A DNA stretch of 64,000 nt, from positions 64,001 to 128,000 of the IMG/VR virus record IMGVR_UViG_3300025519_000001; one strand, 5' to 3'. The notes beneath the pieces were generated by a model. It was not told the origin of the DNA, did not search any database, and worked only from the letters and a program-made list of their open reading frames with translations. The stretch is from a virus. Positions 34,663-44,507 of the stretch are shown here, piece by piece; position 1 is the first letter of the stretch, and every line of letters starts with the position of its first letter. The position numbers and the translations under genes were made by a program.

Positions 34663-35843
34663 TCCTCCAAAGTATTAGAATTTGTTTTTATATCCAAATT
34701 AACTGTTATTCCCTTTATGTTTCCATCATATTGATAAACATTAATCCTAAAATAATCGCCTTTTGTTACATTTACATCTTCAACAACGCCACCTGTTGCA
34801 ATTATATTATTTGGTTCAAAAGATAAATTTTCCGAAAAAATATTATCCCATGTGCCACTTAAAAATTCACTTTCCGATATTTTTTCAATACCAATTTGGG
34901 TACTAACCGAAATACCACTTTCCACACAATCAGCTTTAATATTTACGATTTCGCCGTCAAATGGAATTTGACTAAAACCAACAACATATTGAACACCTTG
35001 ATCAATTATTTTGGGAATTTTAAATAAAACCCTTCTTAAAATAAAATTCTGATAATCTTCTTTGTGCAGAAGACCATCAGAATTTTCGGAGACATATGGA
35101 ATTGCTTCTCCGATGATATTTCCAACCAATTGCCATTGATATGATACAACACCATCATAACGATAAATATCGCCCGTTGTATTTATTAATACCTGCCATC
35201 CATTTTCGGGTTCAGGATAAACTGTTTCTAAATCATCATATGTGTCTACAGCAGGTTTTCTAATTACTACTGTTGTAGTTGCTGCATCGTAAGCAGCCTG
35301 CGCCGCTTGATTTGCATGATCTGCGGCCACATTAGCATTGTCAGTAGCAACATTGGCATTATTGGTAGCATCTCTAGCATCGGAGATTGCTTTATTTATC
35401 TCGATTATTTTTTCGTTTATTGTTTTCGTGTAATTTACAAGTTGATCTACATAGTCCTGCAAAGTAACCAACACATCTGGATTATTTCTTGCAATGGCGT
35501 AGATTCTGCTGGCTGGATAAAGAATCAAGCCTCTCCCTAGATAAGAGCAGACTAATGTATTACCTTCTTGTGAAGGGTGAAATTGAATAATCCCTACTGC
35601 ATAGTTGACAACAAATTCATTTTCTTTGAGTGCCTTTGTCTTTTTGTAAACTTCCTCTGGAACTTCCACGAACCCTGTTATTTGAACTTTATGAGTATAT
35701 GAGGGAACTTCTAAAAGAGTAATTTTATTGTTGATAACCGGAAGAGAATCGGAACGTGGAATATAAGGATCTTCTGGCGTTCCTTTTCGCCAAACAATAA
35801 CGCTTGAATCGATGTGTTCAAGATATGTTTTTAACTCAGGCAT
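34659..35843 (-). CDS. Baseplate/tail fibre protein
   Basis: Ala/Asn-rich coiled coil; DLETVYPEPENGW motif typical of tail fibres. Confidence 0.65.
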   Translation of the reverse strand: MPELKTYLEHIDSSVIVWRKGTPEDPYIPRSDSLPVINNKITLLEVPSYTHKVQITGFVEVPEEVYKKTKALKENEFVVNYAVGIIQFHPSQEGNTLVCSYLGRGLILYPASRIYAIARNNPDVLVTLQDYVDQLVNYTKTINEKIIEINKAISDARDATNNANVATDNANVAADHANQAAQAAYDAATTTVVIRKPAVDTYDDLETVYPEPENGWQVLINTTGDIYRYDGVVSYQWQLVGNIIGEAIPYVSENSDGLLHKEDYQNFILRRVLFKIPKIIDQGVQYVVGFSQIPFDGEIVNIKADCVESGISVSTQIGIEKISESEFLSGTWDNIFSENLSFEPNNIIATGGVVEDVNVTKGDYFRINVYQYDGNIKGITVNLDIKTNSNTLEE

Positions 35844-35860
35844 CTATGCACCTCCTTTCA

Positions 35861-36355
35861 TTAGTTGGGGATATTTAATTTTGTATTTCCATTTGCAATT
35901 GTTGTTGTTGTCCCAAGACATGTGGTTACTTGAGAGCCAATCAAAGCTATAGGCTGTCCACCTAACTTTGCTTTTGAACTTCCCGATATAATTCTTCCAT
36001 TCCCAGAACCAGACGTAGGAGAAGTTGGAATATACCTAGTTGTTGATGTATTCGAAGGAATGGGGGGATCGGCAACCCAAGTTTCAACTGTCTGATCACC
36101 AACTTTTGCAACATTAGTTCCGCCAATTTTCATTTTTGAAGAAGGGACAGATACATAGCCAGTAATTTTAGCTCCTGTGCTACCCGATCCTGACGGAACC
36201 CATCCATAATCATCTTGCCAAGCAATACAGTTTCCTTCTTCGTCCGTTTCCACACAATGGCTACCAATTACTTGCCAAGTTTCAATGTTGTATGTGACAT
36301 ATCCGGGTTTTGTTGAAGGTGCTATTGTTGAACCATTTACTGCAACTCCAGACAT
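35861..36355 (-). CDS. PAAR-like spike tip protein
   Basis: GVAVNGS, NVAKVGD and PIALIGS repeats; GRIISGSSK. Confidence 0.6.
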   Translation of the reverse strand: MSGVAVNGSTIAPSTKPGYVTYNIETWQVIGSHCVETDEEGNCIAWQDDYGWVPSGSGSTGAKITGYVSVPSSKMKIGGTNVAKVGDQTVETWVADPPIPSNTSTTRYIPTSPTSGSGNGRIISGSSKAKLGGQPIALIGSQVTTCLGTTTTIANGNTKLNIPN

Positions 36356-36387
36356 ACTGAATCACCTAATCTAATAAAATGACAAAA

Positions 36388-36417
36388 TAAAAAAGCCTTG
36401 ATTTTTAAGGCTTTTTT
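36388..36417. terminator. Bidirectional terminator
   Basis: aaaaaagcctt-gattttt-aaggctttttt. Confidence 0.7.
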
Positions 36418-36427
36418 AAAATTAAAA

Positions 36428-36455
36428 AGTGCATGAAATTACACTTTCATGCACT
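36428..36455. repeat. Perfect 11-6-11 dyad (best copy of ATGAAA-N6-TTTCAT)
   Basis: agtgcatgaaa-ttacac-tttcatgcact. Confidence 0.75.
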
Positions 36456-36491
36456 AAAAATAAAAACCACCTATAAAAGAATAAATAGTTA

Positions 36492-36914
36492 TTAATTAAT
36501 AAAAGCTATTTTATGATTAATACTTGCTACCTCAATTGGATCTAAATCTTCACACATAAAATCTTCATGTTGAATTTTCTGCATAATATCTGTAAACAAT
36601 TCAACACATATATCTTTTCTGTTTGTTGTTAATAATTCTCTACTTATTACTACATTATTAACTCTAAATTTCTTATCACAATCGATTATTGAAGTATGAT
36701 TAAATGGATTTCGATTAATATCCGCCGATTCAATAATAAATACATATGGAGGCTCACCAGAAAGGTGTTTTAACGGCTTGTAAGTTTGACATTTAATAAA
36801 TTCTTTTTCTAAACCTTCTTTTATACATATATACATATGAGAATATACAGCCAATGACGAATTTATGTCGGGAAAAGGAATTCTCATCCTAACCACATCT
36901 TTTTGTTCAATCAA
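36492..36914 (-). CDS. Putative toxin (MazF/PemK-like) paired with a Panacea antitoxin
   Basis: DVVRMRIPFPD N-terminus, SIIDCDK; overlaps the antitoxin stop. Confidence 0.55.
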   Translation of the reverse strand: MIEQKDVVRMRIPFPDINSSLAVYSHMYICIKEGLEKEFIKCQTYKPLKHLSGEPPYVFIIESADINRNPFNHTSIIDCDKKFRVNNVVISRELLTTNRKDICVELFTDIMQKIQHEDFMCEDLDPIEVASINHKIAFIN

Positions 36915-37578
36915 CCAAAATCACTCCGTCTTCATCTATTGATAAATAAACCGGATTGGTTAATTCTTTATTATACGAAAGCTTTTCAATAACTTCTATG
37001 TGTTCTGATGTTAATCTATTTAAATCTTTTTTAGGAATGAGAAAATTTTTTGAATCTACGTTTAAAACTTCAGTTGAATTAATAAAATCTGGCGTATAAA
37101 TTTCTTTAAAAAATAGAAGTTTTTGAATATCGTTTTCACTTAAAAACTCTTCATATAAAGGTACTTGTAATTTACCTCTATTTATTTCATCTTCTTTTGA
37201 ATTCCATATATTAAATCCATGGGTTAATTTTGATAATTCCATTTCCGTATGAACTCTAACTAAAAAACAACTAAGTTCTGCTCTATCCTCATTTACGTCT
37301 GAAGAATACATTCTAAATTGATCCAAAGCATTTGCTGCAAAATCTAAATATTCATATGTGTAATCCCCATAAACATCACTAAAAACAGGGCCATGAATAT
37401 ATCCCTTTAAAGATCTTAACTCATAAATATCATTTTCAATCTTCGAATACAATTCGTAGAAAAATAAAAATTTTTGTAATTTAAGTGGTGAATTAAATTC
37501 TCTTTCATGGTTATTTCTTAGCCAACCACATAAAATACGCTTTCTGGAACTAGAATTTAGGCCCGGATACCTATACAA
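36907..37578 (-). CDS. Panacea-domain (DUF4065/SocA-like) antitoxin
   Basis: PLKLQKFLFF, HGPVFSDVY, LSKLTH..W motifs. Confidence 0.8.
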   Translation of the reverse strand: MYRYPGLNSSSRKRILCGWLRNNHEREFNSPLKLQKFLFFYELYSKIENDIYELRSLKGYIHGPVFSDVYGDYTYEYLDFAANALDQFRMYSSDVNEDRAELSCFLVRVHTEMELSKLTHGFNIWNSKEDEINRGKLQVPLYEEFLSENDIQKLLFFKEIYTPDFINSTEVLNVDSKNFLIPKKDLNRLTSEHIEVIEKLSYNKELTNPVYLSIDEDGVILVD

Positions 37579-37624
37579 ATTTTCACCCCCAAATTAAAGA
37601 TAACGCAATACGAACACCTGAACT

Positions 37625-37653
37625 ATTATAGCATTGCGCTTTTAAAAAGTAAA
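37625..37653 (-). promoter_or_regulatory. Sigma-A promoter of the TA operon
   Basis: TTTACT-17 bp-TATAAT with an extended TG on the - strand. Confidence 0.7.
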
Positions 37654-37683
37654 CATTTGGAAGCTAAATTTTTATTAAGACTT

Positions 37684-37718
37684 AAATAGAGGCCGATCAC
37701 CATGACCAGCCTCTATTT
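37684..37718. terminator. Hairpin terminator
   Basis: aaatagaggc...gcctctattt. Confidence 0.65.
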
Positions 37719-37731
37719 TGGTTACACGGTT

Positions 37732-38433
37732 TTAGAACATGCCTTTTGTATCGATATAAAACGAGTACCCCTTACCATTAATAATCAAGTGGAATAGTAG
37801 ATTCTCTGTACCAGCATCTACCTTGCTTTTCCTGATCGTCCCAGTCACAGTGGTTCCAGCTTTTACGGGGGAAGAGAATTCGTTCTTTTCTCCTATTGTT
37901 CCATAGGTTTTATATTCTTTACCCGGAATATTATAATTAGCACCAAGAACGTTTGATCCATAGTTAACCTGAAGATCCTTATCAGAATTATTCACAATCG
38001 TAACATTAAAGTCAGTCGAATACTCCCCAAGAGAAACCGAATTAACTGTTACCGAAACATCATCATGAGTAACTGTAATAGGAAGTTTTTTGAATTCAAA
38101 TCTTGGTTTATCTGTTGATGAATCTGTTGATGATGTAGAAGAATTATCTTGATTAACCGTACTTGAACTCGTAGCTGAATTTACACTATCCAATGAAACA
38201 ACACCGCCTTTGTAATCAACCCTATATCCCGTAATAGTTCCAATATCACGCACAGGCAAATATGTCTTGTTGTTAATGACAACTGGTTTTTCTGACAATG
38301 TTTTTTCTTGTCCATTTACTACGATTTTTAGGCTAGTTACTGTTACTGTTAGATTGCTTGCAGCATAAGATACACCACTGAAAAATAAGGCCCCACATAG
38401 AAACGCAGTAAGTAGTTTAAGTTTTTGGTTCAT
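37732..38433 (-). CDS. Secreted protein with a copper-amine-oxidase-N-like domain (moron)
   Basis: Signal peptide ending SYA; PVVINNKTYLPVRDIG; Ser/Thr linker; Ig-like C-terminal domain. Confidence 0.75.
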   Translation of the reverse strand: MNQKLKLLTAFLCGALFFSGVSYAASNLTVTVTSLKIVVNGQEKTLSEKPVVINNKTYLPVRDIGTITGYRVDYKGGVVSLDSVNSATSSSTVNQDNSSTSSTDSSTDKPRFEFKKLPITVTHDDVSVTVNSVSLGEYSTDFNVTIVNNSDKDLQVNYGSNVLGANYNIPGKEYKTYGTIGEKNEFSSPVKAGTTVTGTIRKSKVDAGTENLLFHLIINGKGYSFYIDTKGMF

Positions 38434-38509
38434 TATGATTCCTCCATTTTATATATTTTGTTTTATTCATAATTAATTATATTAAAAATCGGAGGAAATG
38501 TCTACCTTT

Positions 38510-41500
38510 TTAAGAGAAATTATATTGAGTTCCTGATATATTAACTGTTCCTGTTGCAGTCAAATTAATATTTCCAGTTATATTTGCCGTCATTCCGCTA
38601 GTATTAATTGTAATAGAACCTGATGTTTTATGGGTCATTGTAATATCATTTCCGTTTTGAGTAATTATAAAATTTGTTCCACTATCATGTTCTAACTTAA
38701 TAATTCCATTACTACAATGTAAAGTAATCCCCAAATCTTTTAGTAATAGTGAACGCTCAAGTCCGGTTGACCGTGCATATGATTTAACTTCCAATCCGTC
38801 TGCTGGTTTAGTGATAATAGCTTTACCAGAAAATTGAGAAAACCCATCACCAATACCCATATAAATAGAAGGATAAGCATCAAATCCACTACCTTCAAAA
38901 GTAATTATCATTTTTTCCTTTTCATTCATTGAGTATTGCATTACAGGCCAAGCAGTAACTTCAGTAGTCATTAAACCTGTTTGAGAAGAATTAACCCAAT
39001 ACAAAGGTCTTCCATCAGGCAAAGTTACTTGCGTACCGGAACCTTGAACTGTACCAGTTATCCATCTTGCAACATTCTCTTGAATGACAATATAGTTAGA
39101 CCAATCAGAAAGAGCGGCATTTGTGAGGGTAGATAATCTTCCAGCCGTCAAATCACTAATAAAACCAACATCAGCAGTTACAAACTTTGCGCTTATCAGT
39201 TGAGCATCAACTGCCCCTGCACCAACAATGTCAAAATTATTCATATACATTTTCTTATTCTCCGAATCAATTATGACATTGTTATCTCCATCTTTAACTA
39301 TCAATTTCTTAAATATAGCAGTACCATCAGGCTTTATCCATGTTGGTGCATTCGTAGCATCTTCAGCACCAGCCCAAAATCCCTGCGAAGGATAGATTTT
39401 AACGACTCCACCTTGACCATCGCGAAGGATGATGTAACTTCCCTCGATTCCTCCGTCTACAAAGAAACTGTTCGCAATCTGTATATCTTGCGCGTGAACC
39501 ACACCATCCAAATCAGCCCAAAAAACATCTTTCCAGTTTGGATTTTCAGCAGTTCCAATATTCTTTTGTATTACGAACCCTCTAGTTCCACTCATATTTG
39601 AGCGGTACATATTATCACTTCTTGTAGCTGTGATCCCAGATGTATAATCTATAATGACATCATTAAAGTAGGCACCAAATTGTACTGACGAATATTTGAT
39701 TGAGTCATTAATAGCATTGACGATGTTTACAACTTCATCGTAATAATTCTTGAATTTTGATATAAATTCATCTCGATCTATAATTGAAGTCTCGTCCATA
39801 TTAACTAACAAAGGATTAAGATAATTCATAAGATCATTGTAGGCATTCGTAAAATTAGTTGGATTAATACGAATCGAGTTATCTCTTGTGGTGGTGGCAT
39901 ATGCCTGTGCTTGTGCTAGGAGTTTTTGATATTCTGATTTAATCCGTTCTCTTTCTCCAAGTATCTGAAGTTTTTCAATGGCTGTTAATTTCCCATCTGT
40001 GATGATATTGTCGAACTTCCCAATATCCATAAATTTTGTATAACTATCAAGCAGAAGTTCGTCAGTATCACTAACTATCTTAAGTCGTTTTGTTGTCATG
40101 TCTTCTGAATAAAGCAGACCTTCATTATCAACATAAAATTTGTCTTTATATTCGACGCCATTCCATTGTTGAATTTTAAAGCCTACTTCAGAATTTATGA
40201 TGATTTTATTGATGATCCTCGCATTAGGATCATCTGAAGCATAACGATTAACGAGAATGCCATATTGGTCAGGATTTTCTTCATATAGACCAATCTTCAT
40301 GGCTTCGCGGCCAAAACGATCTGTAATAGTAGTCTTTGGGCCTTCGGTCAACCAGATGCCGTCACTGTCTCCGATGGTGACACGCTGGCCTAGGATCAGT
40401 TTCCCTAAAACCATTTCAGCAATGAGTCCATCGGCTGTGATGGCTGTCTCGTACCGCAACCCTCCAGATCTGGTCAAACCAAGTGCGCCGTTGGTCAAAC
40501 GAAGAAATCTTAAAGGATCATTTGGATCAGTAATCGTGATACCCTTACCATCAATAGTTACAGTCTGGTTAACGGCCATATTAATTTGATTAGTAACCTT
40601 ATCCCAAAAATTCTCAAACAACTGAGAAAACTCGCTAGTATCAACAACGGCCTGACCCCATCTGGATTTATTTAAATCAACGACAGATGTAGTGTTTTTA
40701 GCATCGTGCATAAATTTTTCAAGCTGCAAAGCACCAGTTTTTAAATCCTTAAATTGAGCGATAGTTAATTTAACTGTCCCTTGTTCGTAATCAAATTCCA
40801 TTTCTATTATTTTAGCTTCTACAAGAAGATCAAACATTTCATATTTAATAATTACTTTATCTCCTAAAAACAATTGATTCCAATTTCTTTGCTCCTCTAG
40901 AACCTCTAAGAAATTAACAATATCAATATCTAATGTAAGCTTAGGGACTTTTAATTCATCAAATCTCTTTTTAGCTTCTTCATATAAATCTGTGTCTTCA
41001 ATAAATGTATCATCTTGCCAATCATATTCAATAATAAACCGATCTAATTCCATCCATTGTTCCGGCGTAAAATTATTTTCAACAGACAATAAATCTCGTA
41101 TAGCATCAATATTTTGATCGACAGAATTTATTTGAGAATTTACGCTATCTATCTCCGCTTGTTTGGCATTAATCTGTATTTGCTTATTATCAAAATTATA
41201 TTTTTCAACAATTTGCTCTTCGTTTCCGCTAGTATTAAATTCATCTTCACTAATATTTGCAACCTGAATAAAAACACCCGTATTACCTGAACCGGAGATG
41301 GTTACAGTTAATGTTGTTGTTTGTGGTACATCGGAACCAGTCGAAACTTTTTTTGAGACAACCCAATATCCACTCATCATATACGATGATTGTCCATTGA
41401 TAGTTAAAGTTTTTCCGACCACATCATCTACTTTAACCAAAACAGCATATTTATATGGATTTCTTAAATTAAATGTTTTAGTAACAGTTGTTCCAGTAAA

Positions 41501-42538
41501 ATTAAACTGTTCAAAAAACATTACACCATCAAATTGTTGTGCTAATTGGATTTGCGTTATAGCGGCTAATTCATTTTTAAAGTCATTTAATTCTGTTGTT
41601 TTTTGTGATAAACTTTCCGTTAAAGTATCTCTTTGACTTGCTAAATCTCCAAATTGTCCTTCGTTTGCTTCTAATAATTCTTTATAATCAAGCAAAGCAT
41701 TACATAAACTATCACTCATATGATAACTATGACTAATAATATTTTTGTTTTCATCTCGTTCAAAAGGAAAGAGGAAATATGAAAAATCCTCCAAATACCC
41801 CTGACCCGTTGGATTAAGTCTCTGAATACCCAATCCATCTTTCCCTGTTGGTTTAAATCTAGTTGCAATAATTTCAGCATTCGACTCTCTATTTAATGAT
41901 TTTAGATATTTTTTATAAGAAATAGTCCCAAGACGATTTAAGCCATGTAGTTCAGGTTTAACCAATCTGAATGTGCGATTTACCGTATCCCATTCGATTA
42001 TTGCATTGTACGTATCAACCACAGTAAAGATAGCTTCTAATAAAGTGTTATCATTGAATTCAAATGAACGATAAGTTAATTCAAAGTCTGCATCTAAATA
42101 TTCGATTGACCAATTTGCTGTAAGTGACAGTATATCATTTAAAACTTCTCTTGCGTTTTTAGCATCTTCTTTATAACCACTTATTTTTTTATCATTTAGT
42201 TCTTGTGGGAGATAAACACATTCAATTTCTTTTGCATCTCCATCTTCACTCGCCACATCAGTAATTTTGCTAATAATATACCATTCTGTTTTATTGCCAA
42301 TGTCTACTTTTACATGATACCGCTCTCTGATTATGTCCGCGTTTCTATTCCTAACTAATGTGCTATTTTCTTCGACATAATAGGGGATTTTAAAGGAAAA
42401 AGAAAAAATCTCTAATAGCGAAGTTTTTCTTGTAATATCATATGCTTCGCTAACCTTAGCGATAATTTCTCTATTTGCTTTAGCGATATGAATTTTTGGC
42501 CTAATTGGCTTTAAATTAAAATCTAAATCTCCTAACAA
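38510..42538 (-). CDS. Tail hub/spike (Tal-like) protein
   Basis: Follows Dit; LGDKVII and TAITADG motifs, coiled coils, C-terminal beta-helix repeats. Confidence 0.8.
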   Translation of the reverse strand: MLGDLDFNLKPIRPKIHIAKANREIIAKVSEAYDITRKTSLLEIFSFSFKIPYYVEENSTLVRNRNADIIRERYHVKVDIGNKTEWYIISKITDVASEDGDAKEIECVYLPQELNDKKISGYKEDAKNAREVLNDILSLTANWSIEYLDADFELTYRSFEFNDNTLLEAIFTVVDTYNAIIEWDTVNRTFRLVKPELHGLNRLGTISYKKYLKSLNRESNAEIIATRFKPTGKDGLGIQRLNPTGQGYLEDFSYFLFPFERDENKNIISHSYHMSDSLCNALLDYKELLEANEGQFGDLASQRDTLTESLSQKTTELNDFKNELAAITQIQLAQQFDGVMFFEQFNFTGTTVTKTFNLRNPYKYAVLVKVDDVVGKTLTINGQSSYMMSGYWVVSKKVSTGSDVPQTTTLTVTISGSGNTGVFIQVANISEDEFNTSGNEEQIVEKYNFDNKQIQINAKQAEIDSVNSQINSVDQNIDAIRDLLSVENNFTPEQWMELDRFIIEYDWQDDTFIEDTDLYEEAKKRFDELKVPKLTLDIDIVNFLEVLEEQRNWNQLFLGDKVIIKYEMFDLLVEAKIIEMEFDYEQGTVKLTIAQFKDLKTGALQLEKFMHDAKNTTSVVDLNKSRWGQAVVDTSEFSQLFENFWDKVTNQINMAVNQTVTIDGKGITITDPNDPLRFLRLTNGALGLTRSGGLRYETAITADGLIAEMVLGKLILGQRVTIGDSDGIWLTEGPKTTITDRFGREAMKIGLYEENPDQYGILVNRYASDDPNARIINKIIINSEVGFKIQQWNGVEYKDKFYVDNEGLLYSEDMTTKRLKIVSDTDELLLDSYTKFMDIGKFDNIITDGKLTAIEKLQILGERERIKSEYQKLLAQAQAYATTTRDNSIRINPTNFTNAYNDLMNYLNPLLVNMDETSIIDRDEFISKFKNYYDEVVNIVNAINDSIKYSSVQFGAYFNDVIIDYTSGITATRSDNMYRSNMSGTRGFVIQKNIGTAENPNWKDVFWADLDGVVHAQDIQIANSFFVDGGIEGSYIILRDGQGGVVKIYPSQGFWAGAEDATNAPTWIKPDGTAIFKKLIVKDGDNNVIIDSENKKMYMNNFDIVGAGAVDAQLISAKFVTADVGFISDLTAGRLSTLTNAALSDWSNYIVIQENVARWITGTVQGSGTQVTLPDGRPLYWVNSSQTGLMTTEVTAWPVMQYSMNEKEKMIITFEGSGFDAYPSIYMGIGDGFSQFSGKAIITKPADGLEVKSYARSTGLERSLLLKDLGITLHCSNGIIKLEHDSGTNFIITQNGNDITMTHKTSGSITINTSGMTANITGNINLTATGTVNISGTQYNFS

Positions 42539-42566
42539 CGTTTAACCCCCTTCCCTTCGTATTAAA

Positions 42567-43205
42567 TTAAATTAATTTAAATTGATAACGAAATTGAATT
42601 CTTGCACTTCCGTTCACCCGAAACACATTTTCTCCTACTGGTAAATTCAAATAATTATCATTGAAATTCAAATAACGATAAGTTGCCGCTAAATCTGTTT
42701 CAATATATTCCCGCTCATTATTTACATAAACCGTCTCATTATTGTTTAATCCAGTGAATTTGAATTCTTCATTGTTGTTTGAGATATTAATTAATGAGAA
42801 ATCTCCTGCTCCCTTTTTGGTTATCCATATCTCAGGTTGACAGAATGTATCTCCTTTATTGTCAAACACGATTACTGGTTCAAATTCAAAAGTAATACTC
42901 GCCAATATAGGTTTATCATTTATATTTTTTGTTTTTAAAAACGCTCTAAATTTTAAAACAGCATTTTTTAATGGAGAACTAGGCAAAACATCAGGTATTG
43001 TTCCGCCTTGAGTACACTGTTTCCAATCCGTCCAATCATAACCACCATCATAAGAAACGCTCGTATAAATCTTTAAGGACGTATTCTCAGTACCCGTTTC
43101 CGTCCACGTAACTTTACTAATCGCACCATCGCCCTCTAAAGAAAAGGGAATAGGCGAGGATTCGTAATAACCCCCTAAACCCGATACATCCACCCACGTT
43201 GTCAT
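42567..43205 (-). CDS. Distal tail protein, C-terminal part
   Basis: DNKGD..CQPEIWI, FNDNYLNLPVGEN. Confidence 0.7.
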   Translation of the reverse strand: MTTWVDVSGLGGYYESSPIPFSLEGDGAISKVTWTETGTENTSLKIYTSVSYDGGYDWTDWKQCTQGGTIPDVLPSSPLKNAVLKFRAFLKTKNINDKPILASITFEFEPVIVFDNKGDTFCQPEIWITKKGAGDFSLINISNNNEEFKFTGLNNNETVYVNNEREYIETDLAATYRYLNFNDNYLNLPVGENVFRVNGSARIQFRYQFKLI

Positions 43206-43214
43206 TTAACCACC

Positions 43215-43850
43215 TTATTCGATTTTCCCAAAGTTTTTAAAATAAGCTGCTGTACCTGATTCCTGCCATTTCACAATTTTGTAAGTTACCCAAACCACCT
43301 GATTATCAGATGTTGCAACACCGTCCGTTGTAGCCCATGTAGGCTCAGAAACACTTGAAGTCCCAGGAACCGTACAAAGATAAAAACGATTATTAGAAAC
43401 TGTTGGGAAAACTATGTCATTAATGTTGTAGTACTTTGAAGGTTGCCATACTGATCCGTTCTTCGTATCATCTGTAATTGTTTGTGTAGCAACTTTAAAA
43501 TCAGGCTGAAGAAAACCGCTTTTACCAGATTGAACACAAGTGTAATAATGACCATTATCGTTAACTGGAACAACTACATCTCCAACATTATAATTTTTCA
43601 ACGACTCCCATTTTGGGGCAGCTTTCCCTGCGCGAACATTTACAGCCCCAATATAACCACCAGAAACGGGAGTTTTGTATAATACCTGCCTATGTAAAGG
43701 CCAATCCCCACTTGTTGGAATAGCATCTACATAAACGGGAATATTGTCGGCAATCTTTTGGAAATTGGATGCTAGATCCATAATCGTTTGATAAATGTTA
43801 TCATCAATATCAGGCTTAACTAGTTCAAGGTTAGAAGTTATCTCGGACAT
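43215..43850 (-). CDS. Carbohydrate-binding-repeat tail protein
   Basis: Two W....Y..(G/N)D.V.P....YxC..G.S repeats. Confidence 0.65.
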   Translation of the reverse strand: MSEITSNLELVKPDIDDNIYQTIMDLASNFQKIADNIPVYVDAIPTSGDWPLHRQVLYKTPVSGGYIGAVNVRAGKAAPKWESLKNYNVGDVVVPVNDNGHYYTCVQSGKSGFLQPDFKVATQTITDDTKNGSVWQPSKYYNINDIVFPTVSNNRFYLCTVPGTSSVSEPTWATTDGVATSDNQVVWVTYKIVKWQESGTAAYFKNFGKIE

Positions 43851-43866
43851 TTATATCCTCCTTTCA

Positions 43867-44484
43867 TTAAGGGTTTACGTATAAATCACGCCAAGTCCAA
43901 TTTGGAGGTATATCACTCCACTTTTTTAATCCTGAACTTAAAGTGATCTGATTGTTACTATTCAAAACTACACCACCATTCAAATCTCCACCTGAAAAAT
44001 TGAATTTCCCAATCGTAAGCGGACTTTCATCCCAGTCATAAATTTCTGAAGTGGTTAGAGGAGAATAAGCATACGCGTCATTACATCTAAAATTTAATTC
44101 TATATATCCTTGTTTAAGTGAATTATGAATTAAAGATGAATCATCAACACAAAGAGCATAATAAATCTTCTCTGGTTCATTTGAAAAAATCAAAGGCTTA
44201 TAGTAATCAACTTCTGTTAGCCAACGCCGAACTTGTCTAATCAAATCATCGTCCCATGTATTTTCAAAAGCAAAACTAACAGTTAATTTTAATGGTTGTT
44301 TTTTTAAATTAAAAAAATATGGCTTGCTTCTCCATCTAGTTTCTTGTTCTTCAATTGATCTGTTATAAGCAAAATATTCTTCTTGCATACCGGAATTAAT
44401 ATTAATGTTCACAATCCCAAAATTTTTACTTGGTATATCGTTATATATAAAATAAAGCGAATCTCTGATTGTCAAAAAAATCAC
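43867..44484 (-). CDS. Distal tail protein, N-terminal part
   Basis: Directly after the tape measure gene; YFIYNDIPS..FGI, RRWL, YKPLIF, FRCNDAYAYS. Confidence 0.75.
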   Translation of the reverse strand: MIFLTIRDSLYFIYNDIPSKNFGIVNININSGMQEEYFAYNRSIEEQETRWRSKPYFFNLKKQPLKLTVSFAFENTWDDDLIRQVRRWLTEVDYYKPLIFSNEPEKIYYALCVDDSSLIHNSLKQGYIELNFRCNDAYAYSPLTTSEIYDWDESPLTIGKFNFSGGDLNGGVVLNSNNQITLSSGLKKWSDIPPNWTWRDLYVNP

Positions 44485-44507
44485 CTCAATTAAAAAGGGG
44501 AGAGGTT

